Below are positions 50,158 to 60,048 of a stretch of DNA of 64,000 nucleotides, piece after piece. The stretch is from Euprymna scolopes (taxonomy: Eukaryota). The translations under genes and the position numbers were made by a program. The notes below the pieces were generated by a model. The model did no database searches, was not told the DNA's origin, and saw only the letters and a list, made by a program, of their open reading frames with translations. Each line of letters begins with the position of its first letter. The stretch's first letter is position 1. The DNA lies in NCBI GenBank assembly GCA_053919585.1, contig CM132790.1. The stretch is one strand, 5' to 3'.

Positions 50158-50820
50158 ACAAAACCCAATTACAGAAACTGATCAGCAAACACTGGAGGAA
50201 CAATATGGCATAAGTATTATTTCAAAATGTTTCCCTTGAGCTTTCATTACACTACAAAGTCTTTTCGGGAAATCATCTGTAGTGGTACGCACAACATCTA
50301 AAGGTATTTTCTCCCTGTATTTGTTCAATTTTATTTTAAAAGCTTCAATATTTTGACAAGGAGTAGAGCAGTCTTCACTTTCTGGGAATGATCACCAAGA
50401 ATAATCAAGAGCGTTAAAATCAGATGATGAGGAAGATCATTCTTCTTTGCTGATCGAGGACGAACAGTTGTCTCTATACGACTACTGTGTTACATGAATA
50501 GTTTGGCTTGTCACACCATCTTGTTGAACAGTTGAAACTTCATCACTCTACACAGAATTTTATCATGGGGGTCAGTTCATCTTCAAAAATTTTTGTAAAT
50601 CTTGACCCCTTGATGGTTTTTGCATTCTGAAATTTGATGGGAAAGAACAAGTGGAGAAATCCTTTTCTCAGAAATGCCTGCCCAAACCATACTTTCTGGT
50701 TTTTGCATTCTGAAAACCTTTCCTGCATTATCAGATATTACCTCATGACTTCTCGCAAGGACGCTATCATTTTTTTGATGATTGTGGGACTGTTGAAGTG
50801 AGAGTAACTTTTCATCCATG

Positions 50821-51760
50821 ATGATGATGCTATTGAGCATGCCCCGATGATGATGCTGTTGAGCATGCCCCGATGATGATGCTGTTGAGCATGCCCCGAT
50901 GATGATGCTATTGAGCATGCCCCGATGATGATGCTGTTGAGCATGCCCCGATGATGATGCTGTTGAGCATGCCCCGATGATGATGCTGTTGAGCATGCCC
51001 CGATGATGATGCTATTGAGCATGCCCCGATGATGATGCTATTGAGCATGCCCCGATGATGATGCTGTTGAGCATGCCCCGATGATGATGCTATTGAGCAT
51101 GCCCCGATGATGATGCTGTTGAGCATGCCCCGATGATGATGCTGTTGAGCATGCCCCGATGATGATGCTGTTGAGCATGCCCCGATGATGATGCTGTTGA
51201 GCATGCCCCGATGATGATGCTGTTGAGCATGCCCCGATGATGATGCTGTTGAGCATGCCCCGATGATGATGCTATTGAGCATGCCCCGATGATGATGCTG
51301 TTGAGCATGCCCCGATGATGATGCTGTTGAGCATGCCCCGATGATGATGCTGTTGAGCATGCCCCGATGATGATGCTGTTGAGCATGCCCCGATGATGAT
51401 GCTATTGAGCATGCCCCGATGATGATGCTATTGAGCATGCCCCGATGATGATGCTGTTGAGCATGCCCCGATGATGATGCTGTTGAGCATGCCCCGATGA
51501 TGATGCTGTTGAGCATGCCCCGATGATGATGCTGTTGAGCATGCCCCGATGATGATGCTGTTGAGCATGCCCCGATGATGATGCTGTTGAGCATGCCCCG
51601 ATGATGATGCTGTTGAGCATGCCCCGATGATGATGCTGTTGAGCATGCCCCGATGATGATGCTGTTGAGCATGCCCCGATGATGATGCTATTGAGCATGC
51701 CCCGATGATGATGCTGTTGAGCATGCCCCGATGATGATGCTGTTGAGCATGCCCCGATGA
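50821..51760. repeat. 26-bp minisatellite, ~36 copies, inside the transposase ORF
   Basis: GATGATGCT(G/A)TTGAGCATGCCCCGAT. Confidence 0.98.
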
Positions 51761-52534
51761 TACAATTTAACAAGAGTTGATTTCTGATGAGTCTCTTTGC
51801 AATTATAGGTGCAGAGAGAAGCCGTCGCTTTTGGAGCTTATAGGGTGATATTTGGAGGTCACTTCGACATATTTTCCGCAAAGTCCTTTGTGACGTTTGT
51901 GCTCCCTTTGTAATTTGTCTCATAGATCTTAGATTTAGCCTAATTTTTTCCATAACACTTTTGATAAGTTTAGATGTTCTGGAGGTGCGGATATGACCTG
52001 ATCATTGTCTCTCTTTCGTGAAGTTTGCAGGTAACGTTCATTCAACCTTTTTATGAACATTCTGTTGATTTTGAGGTTTTTCCAAACTTAAATATTTCAC
52101 ATGCAGCTCTATGATGAATCTTGTCTTCAATTCAACAGAAATTGTGAAAAATAAGAAATCATATATTACATTATCATATAATGACAATAAAATAGTAAAT
52201 CTATTTTAATATTATCATAAAAAATAGTTCCGAAATTTTGTAACAGGACTTATGCATATCATGTATAACAATAATAAATGACCCTATTAATCTTCTTTTT
52301 AATCACTATAACAATTAAAACCTTTTTTAGTTGCTTTATATTACAATAATGGAATGGAGATTACTTCTGTTTAATCAATATAATTGGCTATTATAACTTC
52401 TGTTTAGTGGAGAATAATATAAGGATGATAACACTTTAAATTCTATTTAATCCGTATAAGCAGCCATTAAAACCTCTATTCATTTAATGTTGATATAACA
52501 ATAATGTTCTGAATTTTTTAGATGAAATTTGATT

Positions 52535-52975
52535 GCACTATTGTTCTCATCTTATGCAACGTTTCGGTTGATGTAACATTTGTCAGGCATGTTGGTTGCC
52601 ATCTTGGAAAAGAAAGGAGAAATGTTACTATCTCTGTAACTGATTTCGTATTCTTGGATTGTTCTTGTTTTTTTTTTTCACTGTGATTTTGTATGTGTGA
52701 AAAAAAATTGGACAACCCCTTCCTTAAAATTCCAATGGTAAAAGGGAGATAATCCCATATGAAACTTTATTAGAGTTATCTTCCTTTGTAAACCAATTTT
52801 TTTTTAAACCACGGCGAAAAAAACAGAAACAACTCCAAGAATACAAAACCAACTATGCAGTCAGTAACCTTTCTTCTTTCTTTTTCAAGATGGCGACCAA
52901 CATGCTTGACGAAGGTGGGAGGCTACATCAACCGAAACGTTGCACAAATAAACGTCAAGATGAAAAAAGTAATAC
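52535..52975. mobile_element. Inverted-repeat element with hammerhead-like motifs in both arms (Penelope-like inverted pseudo-LTRs)
   Basis: 52545-52685 is the diverged reverse complement of 52810-52965. Right arm (+): TGC-TTGACGA-A-GGT..ACC-GAAAC-GTT-GCA (52903-52944). Left arm (-): ATGC-CTGACAA..GAAAC-GTT-GCAT. Confidence 0.65.
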
Positions 52976-53009
52976 GTACTCTATTTGACTGTTATATAAT
53001 CAATGTAAT

Positions 53010-53525
53010 CATCACCAGATTGTGGTTTTATTAATTGTGAGCAAATGCAGCACCCATTTTGAACATAGCTTTGTCATTGAAGTGCCCATACAAAAGAGTG
53101 ATAGAGTCAACTCCTCTGCTATCAAATCTAAATTGAATTTAGAGTTGGATAAAGTGAATATGTCAATTTTTTGTTCATCAGCACAACTACAAAGTTTGGG
53201 TGAGCTGAGCATTCAGCAAAATTTGTGTCTCTTGAACCATTTTCAAAGTCAGTATACCATGTTTTAACCATTGTTATTGATTAAACAAAGTCAGCATAAC
53301 ACTTATTAAGCTTTTGCTTAGGGTGAACTATATTTTTTCCTACCAGAAAGCAATGAATTATCAAAATTTTCTATAGTATTGAAAATTTTGAAAAAGTTCA
53401 TAAATTACTAATACAATCTGACTTAAACTTTAAGAATTGTAATTTGAAGTTTAATACTTTGTAGAAATTATATGGATTTTTTATTAGTTGTCCTCTCTAT
53501 GTCAGGCCCGGAACTTATTAAGTGG

Positions 53526-53529
<4 letters not shown>
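53010..53529 (-). mobile_element. 5' fragment of an irritans/Himar1-like mariner
   Basis: The minus end TAAACCACTTAATAAGTTCCGGGCCTGACA resembles the Himar1 TIR; IAEELTLS...MTKLCSKWVLHLLT resembles MRKLCAKWVPRELT. Confidence 0.75.

Positions 53530-53573
<44 letters not shown>
53530..53573. repeat. (TA)n microsatellite at the mariner TA target; another (TA)n(CA)n at 60226-60268
   Basis: Direct reading. Confidence 0.97.
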
Positions 53574-53575
<2 letters not shown>

Positions 53576-53611
53576 ATTATACTAGATATGAAATTGCATG
53601 TTTCCTCCCTG

Positions 53612-53710
53612 GGCAAGGGTTTGCAGCCTATGGCCTGTAGGCTGGATGTGGCAACCTACAGCCCTCAGGCTAGATCCGGCCTGTGAAGGCATTTTGACTC
53701 ATCTGCTAGC
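53612..53710 (+). mobile_element. Possible hAT (Charlie-like) MITE terminus
   Basis: GGCAACCTACAGCCCTCAGGCTAGATCCGGCCTGTGAAGGCATTTT resembles CpG-decayed hAT ends; the other end was not found. Confidence 0.4.
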
Positions 53711-55479
53711 CTGATTACCAATAACTATTTTTTAACTTGAAAGATAAGGCTTTCGAATTCAACAAAATGCCCATTGTTACCTTCATCTGATCCACCCAAC
53801 TGAATTTGAATATTACGACCACAAAAACACAATCACCTCTATTTCTGTGTAAAAATATACAAAATAAACATAAAACAAAAACTTGTGGTGGACTGGTGGA
53901 TATATTATATATATTCCCCAGTCGTACAAAATATGAGAAATGAATTGAATTGAGAAAGGAAAAATGAATTGCTTTGAGGTAGAAATGAACAACGCGTTTA
54001 CTTGAATTAAACAAACTAGGATTTATTTTGTGAAGAAACATGAAAGAAAAGGGTACAGCACGCGTTTAGTTTGGCGTGCGTCTCTCGTTGTTTACTGGTG
54101 AGAAGGAAAGTCTATTGTCATAGAAAGAGAGAAAGAAAGTCAATCCAGTTTGGCGTGCGTCTCTCGCTGTTAGTTGGTGAGAGGGAAAGTCTATTGCAGT
54201 AGAGAGAGAGAGAGAGAAAATGAGAAAAAGTCAATCCAGGCCATGGAGATAGAAAACGTGTAAGGTGTACGTACTGTCTGTTGACGCTTGCCCCATGCAT
54301 AGTAGCAGGTGGCGTGAGGCGCACGCTACCTGAAAGGGGTGAATGGTTCGTCGACCACTCAGCTCGGAAGGCGAGTGGAAAAAAGGAGGAAGCAGCTTAT
54401 TGCTCTTGCTTTTATAGTTGTTTCCGGTGGTCTTTTGTGCATGTGTGGATTTCCTTCAAAGGGGAAGTGACGTTGCCCATGTGTGCGTACGTGTGCACGT
54501 ACATGTGTGTACGTTAGTGTGTGTGTATGCACGTGAATATGGGTGTATGTACATGAACGTGAAGACATCTACGTGTGTGTACGTGTGCACACGTATGTTT
54601 GTGTGCGCGTATGTATATGACAAGAAATATGGCTTGAGATGCGAACGCGTGTTTTTGTGTGAGACTAGGAAAGGCTCCCACAAACCCAAGAACCGATTTA
54701 ACCAATTGACCAGTTACAAACATTAGGCGAGGGCAGCTTTAATGGGACAATGTTGTCTCAGTCAGCTTTCTATTTCATTTATCCAACAGCGACCCCCCCT
54801 TCCATCACTTACCCATGCCACCTATCATAAGGTGATGGAATCTTTCAATAGTCCATAATTTCTTATCATACTCCTCCTCTTCATTGTTTTCCACTAATTT
54901 GGTTTTGCCCACTGCCTGGCTTAACACCGGCCATAAATCACACTTTCTAAAGCTTAATAACTCTGCAAATAAACTGAATAAGATTAGGGTGAATATAATC
55001 AGTATTTACTTATTCAAAAAAAAAATGAATTCAGTGCAAGTTTTCAAGCATTATACTCTCAATTATTTATTTATGCGAGAAGAGGTTCTGGTGTCTTCAA
55101 ATATTTCACCAAATAATTAGATATGTTTTTATTCATCAGACAAATAATAATAAAAAAAAAGATCAGTGAATGTTTGCTTGGTAGATCAAGCAGCATCACA
55201 GTTATTAAGATTAGATCCTTTTCAGAACAAGTAATCGGCATTAACCCTGCGTTAATCACCTGAGTGTTTCGCACATAGTTAATCTCATGGGGTGTTTATA
55301 CACCCCAACACAAAAATGTTTATAGTGTTATTGTTTTGAAAAATATAGTTATCCTGCTGATTCAAGATATATATACAGTCCATGTTAAACAGTTTGAATC
55401 ACTTGTAGCTTGTTGATATTAATATAAAATACAATAAAATAAATTATAAAACTGAGGAAAATTTTAGATTTAGATCACA

Positions 55480-55985
55480 ACTAATAAAGATGAAAACAAC
55501 AACTAATAAAGATGAGAATAATAGTCCGAAGTAAGGATAGATTAATGTATATAATGCTTATCTCAAAAATGAATTCCAATTAAGGAATAATATATATACC
55601 AATCGGTACGGACCCGACTATGGAAGATCAGATAATAAATAAACGTGGATTTATAAGATCAAAGAATCCAACCTTGATCACCCTTCGGAGTATGTGGTGC
55701 AGTTGATAGAGACATTGAATCTCTACGATTCCAGATGAGCATTGTCTGAAGATAGCGGTTTCAATCCTACCCAAAGCCGGCCAGAGGCTTACTTGGCCAA
55801 AAACGTGGTGAGACGATAACAACTACGGATGGCAGTGATTTCTGCGAATGCAGTTAGGAGATTTGAAGTTCCTATCCGTCGCGGTTACCACCTGACGAAG
55901 GCCAGAGGAATAGCTGGCCGAAACATTGTGAAAACAACAACTAATAAAGATGAGAATAGTAGTCTGAAGTAAGGACAGGTTAATA
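55480..55985 (+). mobile_element. Non-coding retrozyme/Penelope-like insertion: 438-bp monomer with ~56-bp terminal redundancy and 10-bp TSD
   Basis: Direct repeats 55491-55546 and 55929-55984; TTAGATCACA at 55470-55479 and 55986-55995. Confidence 0.8.
55878..55930 (+). ncRNA. Hammerhead ribozyme motif (minimal, Penelope-type; possibly decayed)
   Basis: CTGACGA (55892-55898)-A-GGCCAG-8 nt loop-CTGGCC-GAAAC (55920-55924); CAC/GTG helix I around it. Confidence 0.7.
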
Positions 55986-56823
55986 TTAGATCACATTTAT
56001 TTAAAAATACCTACACCGGTTTGTGTCATTTTTTAACATTTATGATGAATACAAAATGTTTCCATAGATTGAAATAGCAAGAAAAATGTCTAAACACTGA
56101 GATACTGTACCATACCATGTGTGATACTCTCATTGAGTCTGAGTAGAGTACTGAGAGAGTGGAAAAGAAATAAGTTGCCAACAAAGAATTATGAGCACTT
56201 AAGCAAAATTAGAATGACAAAACACTCGATGGGACTAACATAAGGTTAAAAAATATTTTGTGTTATTTCATTTTCAGTCCCGCTTTTTATATAAACTCAT
56301 CATATGATCCGCTGGCACTCTCAGTAAAGGTTATCGATTTTACCTTGAAGAGCTTGCCTGTGCATATGATCAAACATTAAAACAAATTACTAATTCAAGT
56401 TATATCTTGTTTGGATTTTGCTTGCATATATTATTATTTATAAACGGATATTTATATTTATTAACTGGAAACAATGATACAACATATAATTTATTCATTT
56501 TAAAACAATTCAACTTATTAATCTATGTTGCAATATGCGTTGCATGTTTGATGACATAAATTAATGAAAATTGATACCGAAGTAATTTATTTACAACTGT
56601 AGACTGTAATTAAAAAAAGTAAAGAATATTTATACATTTTTTACACAGACAATAGCTTTTCGTGAAAAATGCATGAGACCATGTGTGTGTATGCATATGT
56701 GCATCTTGTTGATCTCTGCGATCATGTGTGAACTGAGATTAACATATTTTGTTTAATGTAGTTACAGAATTAATTCAGTGATTGCACAGTTCGTTGTTTA
56801 TGATTTTGCAAAGTTTAGCTTAC

Positions 56824-56924
56824 CTCTGTAAGACTGATATGCAAAGATGTTTCCATTATCGAGTCGGTTTGCATGTGTAACTAAACTCGGAGTGCCTGAG
56901 TGCCATCTGTTTTTGTCTGTGTAA
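56824..56924 (-). other. Candidate 101-nt internal exon of an unidentified gene
   Basis: Minus strand: (CT)n-TTCCAG acceptor and GAG|GTAAGC donor; one open frame YTDKNRWHSGTPSLVTHANRLDNGNIFAYQSYR; no recognisable domain. Confidence 0.3.
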
Positions 56925-57315
56925 CTGGAAAGAGAGAGAGAGAGACAGAAGAGGAAGTTGATATCACCACCTATAAGCTGAAACATGTAACTGCTGGAAA
57001 TAAGGGAAATAACTGTATAAGTCTCAAATTGGAAATGTTATGCATTTTGTCTGTGTTTGCTATGCACCAAACTACAGACTACTGAGTCTCCACACCTATG
57101 ATTTTATTTTGCTTATTTATTATTTTTTTTATAAATATCTACATTCTTTTTTATTTATTATGAACTCAAATATTATAGAAAATTATTGCCTTGAATTAAA
57201 AATCCTTTTGTTTATTCTATGGAAGCTAAAACCACATTATTTTTAATTCCACAGTTTGTTTTGTATGATTATTTATTCTATTTCTGTCACTTATTTTTTT
57301 AATAATAATATATTT

Positions 57316-57974
57316 TACGAGGAATAATTTGCCCAGTGGGCTAATTTACAAAAAATAAATAAATAAAATAAAATTATAATGTTGCTTATCAAATTCTGTC
57401 TGTGTTTGTTTACAATATCACGTCAGCTGATATTTGGGCTTGACGATGAATGCTCTGGAAAAGTCACTTCTGATTAAGGTTTAGTTTTAAAATATGTAAA
57501 TGAAGAAATGATTTGTGGCGATTTTAAATGGTACCTCTTCTTTTATCGTAAATTGAACTCATTAATTATAAAAAATTAAAATAGTGAGGTACACCCAGGC
57601 TTGAACAGGGGATCATTCGATCTGTAGTCAAATGCTCTACCACTAAGTTACATCTCCAGATTATAATAAATCTGTTTTTAAGAAGAAATGATTTGCTGAA
57701 ATTTTAGTATGTCCTGATATAATGTAAAATACTCCCCTGTAAAAATTTTTTTTTATCTATAAGAGAAAGAGAAAAGCTATTTTTATGATAGGATTTTTTT
57801 TTCGATTTTCGATACTTATTGGATGAATTTCTGAACAAAACATATCTAAGAACACTGCCAGACATATAAATTAGCTTTGTGTGAAATTTGCAAAAGATAA
57901 GCCCAGCCGTTTCAGAACCTATAAGGAAGAAACTCACACACAAACAGACAAAGTGACTTTTATATAACAGTAGA
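57316..57974 (-). mobile_element. Helitron-like non-autonomous element
   Basis: Minus start ATCTACTGTTATATAAAAAG followed by TTTGTCTGTTTGTGTG; GCCCAGTGGGC hairpin near the putative 3' end (57331-57341); terminal CTAG degenerate. Confidence 0.5.
57586..57657 (-). pseudogene. Degenerate tRNA-Cys-derived sequence
   Basis: The reverse complement GGAGATGTAACTTAGTGGTAGAGCATTTGACTACAGATCGAATGATCCCCTGTTCAAGCCTGGGTGTACCTC is collinear with metazoan tRNA-Cys; anticodon ACA; stems mismatched. Confidence 0.8.
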
Positions 57975-59349
57975 TTTAGATTTTATTCATGGGAAAATAT
58001 TGATGATAAATGCTGAATTTTTAAAGATAATTGGACATTAGATTATTTCTTCATTGGGAAGCTGATTTGTCTCATATGTCAAAAAAACCTTGCTATGAAT
58101 AATGTAGCAAATATTAGACAACATTATGAGACAAACCATTTGTGACAATTTCAAGAAATTTACTGCACAATCAAGGAAAGTTGATGTTGAGTGGTTGATG
58201 TCTTCTTTTTTTTATAGAAGAAAGGCAAACATGTTGCCAATACAACAAAGAAAATGAAGTTATGAAACAAAAAAAACATTTACAGATTTTCTTTTTTGTT
58301 CTTCTCCTATAATCGGCCTTTCCTGTTCTACACTGGCCTTACTCCGCTCTAGGTCCTTCAGATCACCTCATCTCCTTCAGTCCTTTCTGTCATCCTTGCA
58401 TTATCCCAAGCTAAATTCTTGGCTTCTAGTAAGGAGAATGGCCGATCTCTGAGTTTCTTTGTCATCTAGACCATCCACAAATGAATGGCCTGAATGGGGA
58501 AGCTGATTCTGATTTTCTTGGGGAATGCAAGCACTGCTGGCTCCTTTATGTAATCCACCAAATCGTTTCATGTTCAGATATCCTCAGATGCATCAATCTT
58601 CGAGCAGCTTGGATCGCCATTTGTTCGCTGGAATATTGCCTCACCAGCAACTTGTGCAATGCTGACCAGATGACATTTTGGTTATTGGCATAGATTGTCC
58701 CAATAAACTTTCGAGACCAGTTCTGTAGCTCCACAGAAAGCCAACAGGACTATCTCATAATCCACATAATCTACATAGGTGCTTTGGTGAATGGCTGGCA
58801 TGCTGATTTTCTTAGCTGAAGCTTGGCCTCACGTTCAGGGTAAATCTAAAAGCAACTGTGTCAAATCAAAGCAATTAATAAAAACTTCGGAGATTATTTT
58901 CTTATTAACAAAAATAATTATTGCATAAAATAATTTCAAATACAGTCACGCAAAGAAAAGTTAAATTTGCATTTTATGTCCTTAAGAAAAAACAAACTAA
59001 TGTTTTTGGATGCAAAGCTCATTTAGCTTTCTTGTGTTTGGGGATTTCAAAGTAACTTTAAGATTGTGATTTATGGATCTGTGGTCGGAGAGAAAAGGTC
59101 AAAACAGGGCAGAGACCCACACCTCTGGAAAATCTAGGCAAAAAGACTGTATTATCTCCCCAAAAAATTGGTTTATGAAACCCTAATTCCTCATCCTATC
59201 TCCTTGAGATCATTCTGATTTCCTCTCTTATTTGTTTTCCTCTTCTACCCTTTTTTCTGAAATTCTTCTCTTTCTCGATATCTCTCTTTAATTCTATTTC
59301 CTTTCGTTTTTATGATGCTATCACTCAGAGCTTTAAATATACAAATATA

Positions 59350-60048
59350 GATAAAATTTTCAGAACGTGAGAGATTATATAATAATTTCTACAGCCAAAC
59401 GTTTATTGCAGTCCCCAAGACCTATGACAGTTAACACACTGGAAGTCCAAGACTTATTTAGACTCATCAGTTAGATACATCCGAACTCAGGATTTGAAAC
59501 CCGAGCCTCTTGCATACGAGGCAAGCACTCTGCCAACTGAGCAAACACTTCACACACAAGAAATTCTATTAGCTAACACAGATCAAGCAAACTGCGCCAA
59601 AATCCAACTGTGAAAATGGACCTACTTGATCTCGACAAGGGATGCGGTCATCCAACCAGCTAATAACCCCAAGCCGATGTCTCACAAGTTGGAATTTCAA
59701 CTCGTAAGGATGATGCCATTCAGCAATGCTAACCTAGCGAGCAATTAATGATAGAATTTTCAAAACGTGAGAGATTATATAATAATTTCCACAGCAAAAC
59801 AACACCGCAGCCCACAAGAGCTGTAACAGTCAACAAACCGGAAGTCCAAGACTCAAATTTTGCCCTCATTTTTGCTCAGTTGGCAGAGTGCTTGCCTTGC
59901 ATGCAAGAGGCTCAGGTTTCGAATCTTGAGTTCAGATGTATCTAACTGATAAACCCAAATGAGGGCGAAACTCAAGTCTTGGACTTCTAGTATGTTGACT
60001 TTCATGGCCTTTGTGAACTGCGATGTTGTCTGGCTGTGAAAATATACA
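59350..60048. mobile_element. Cluster of three tRNA-Ala-derived SINE-like copies (minus 59350-59545, headless minus 59750-59870, plus 59872-60048)
   Basis: Head GCTCAGTTGGCAGAGTGCTTGCCTTGCATGCAAGAGGCTCAGGTTTCGAATC (A box, TGC anticodon, B box); shared body AAGTCTTGGACTTC...GTTGACT...CTGCG...GCTGT. Confidence 0.75.

Larger units (their letters stand above)
49852..52263 (-). mobile_element. Tc1/mariner DD37D (maT/Bmmar1-like) transposon, dead, carrying a SINE and a 26-bp array
   Basis: Inverted ends CAGGG..GCAT..TACTGTTACAAAAT / ATTTTGTAACAGGACTTATGCATATCATG with TA on both sides; RSMRQI...DLQISPYKLQKRRLLS...KRL.R, IIIMDEKL..LQQSHNHQ.ND, QKPESMVWAGIS, QQDG, SSSSDFNALDYS motifs. Confidence 0.88.
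39830..52510 (+). repeat. Old, highly degenerate ~85-90-bp AT-rich satellite forming the matrix between TE insertions
   Basis: Approximate motif ATAACAATAATGTAAGGGAGATAACTCTATTTAACTTCTATTTAATCAATATAATCGGCCATTAGAACCTCTATTTAGCGGCGTTA recurs at ~41380-41550, 42050-42200, 43880-44400, 46100-46645, 47490-47790, 48045-48120 and 52265-52505; spacing is ~86-90 bp in 46230-46590. Confidence 0.75.

Noticed and set aside
50738-51724. His/Ser-rich repeat proteins (MLNSIIIGACSTASSSGHAQQHHHRG)n
   Set aside because: Translation artefact of the 26-bp array; stops come and go with one SNP.
57586-57657. Functional tRNA-Cys(ACA)
   Set aside because: Mismatched acceptor, D and T stems; embedded in a repeat.
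58310-58800. Possible RTE-like 3' remnant on the minus strand (similarly 62050-62215)
   Set aside because: Only faint resemblance and no clean motif to support a call.
59620-59700. Weak 5S-like stretch on the minus strand (GGTTGGATGACCGC)
   Set aside because: Too short and diverged to call.
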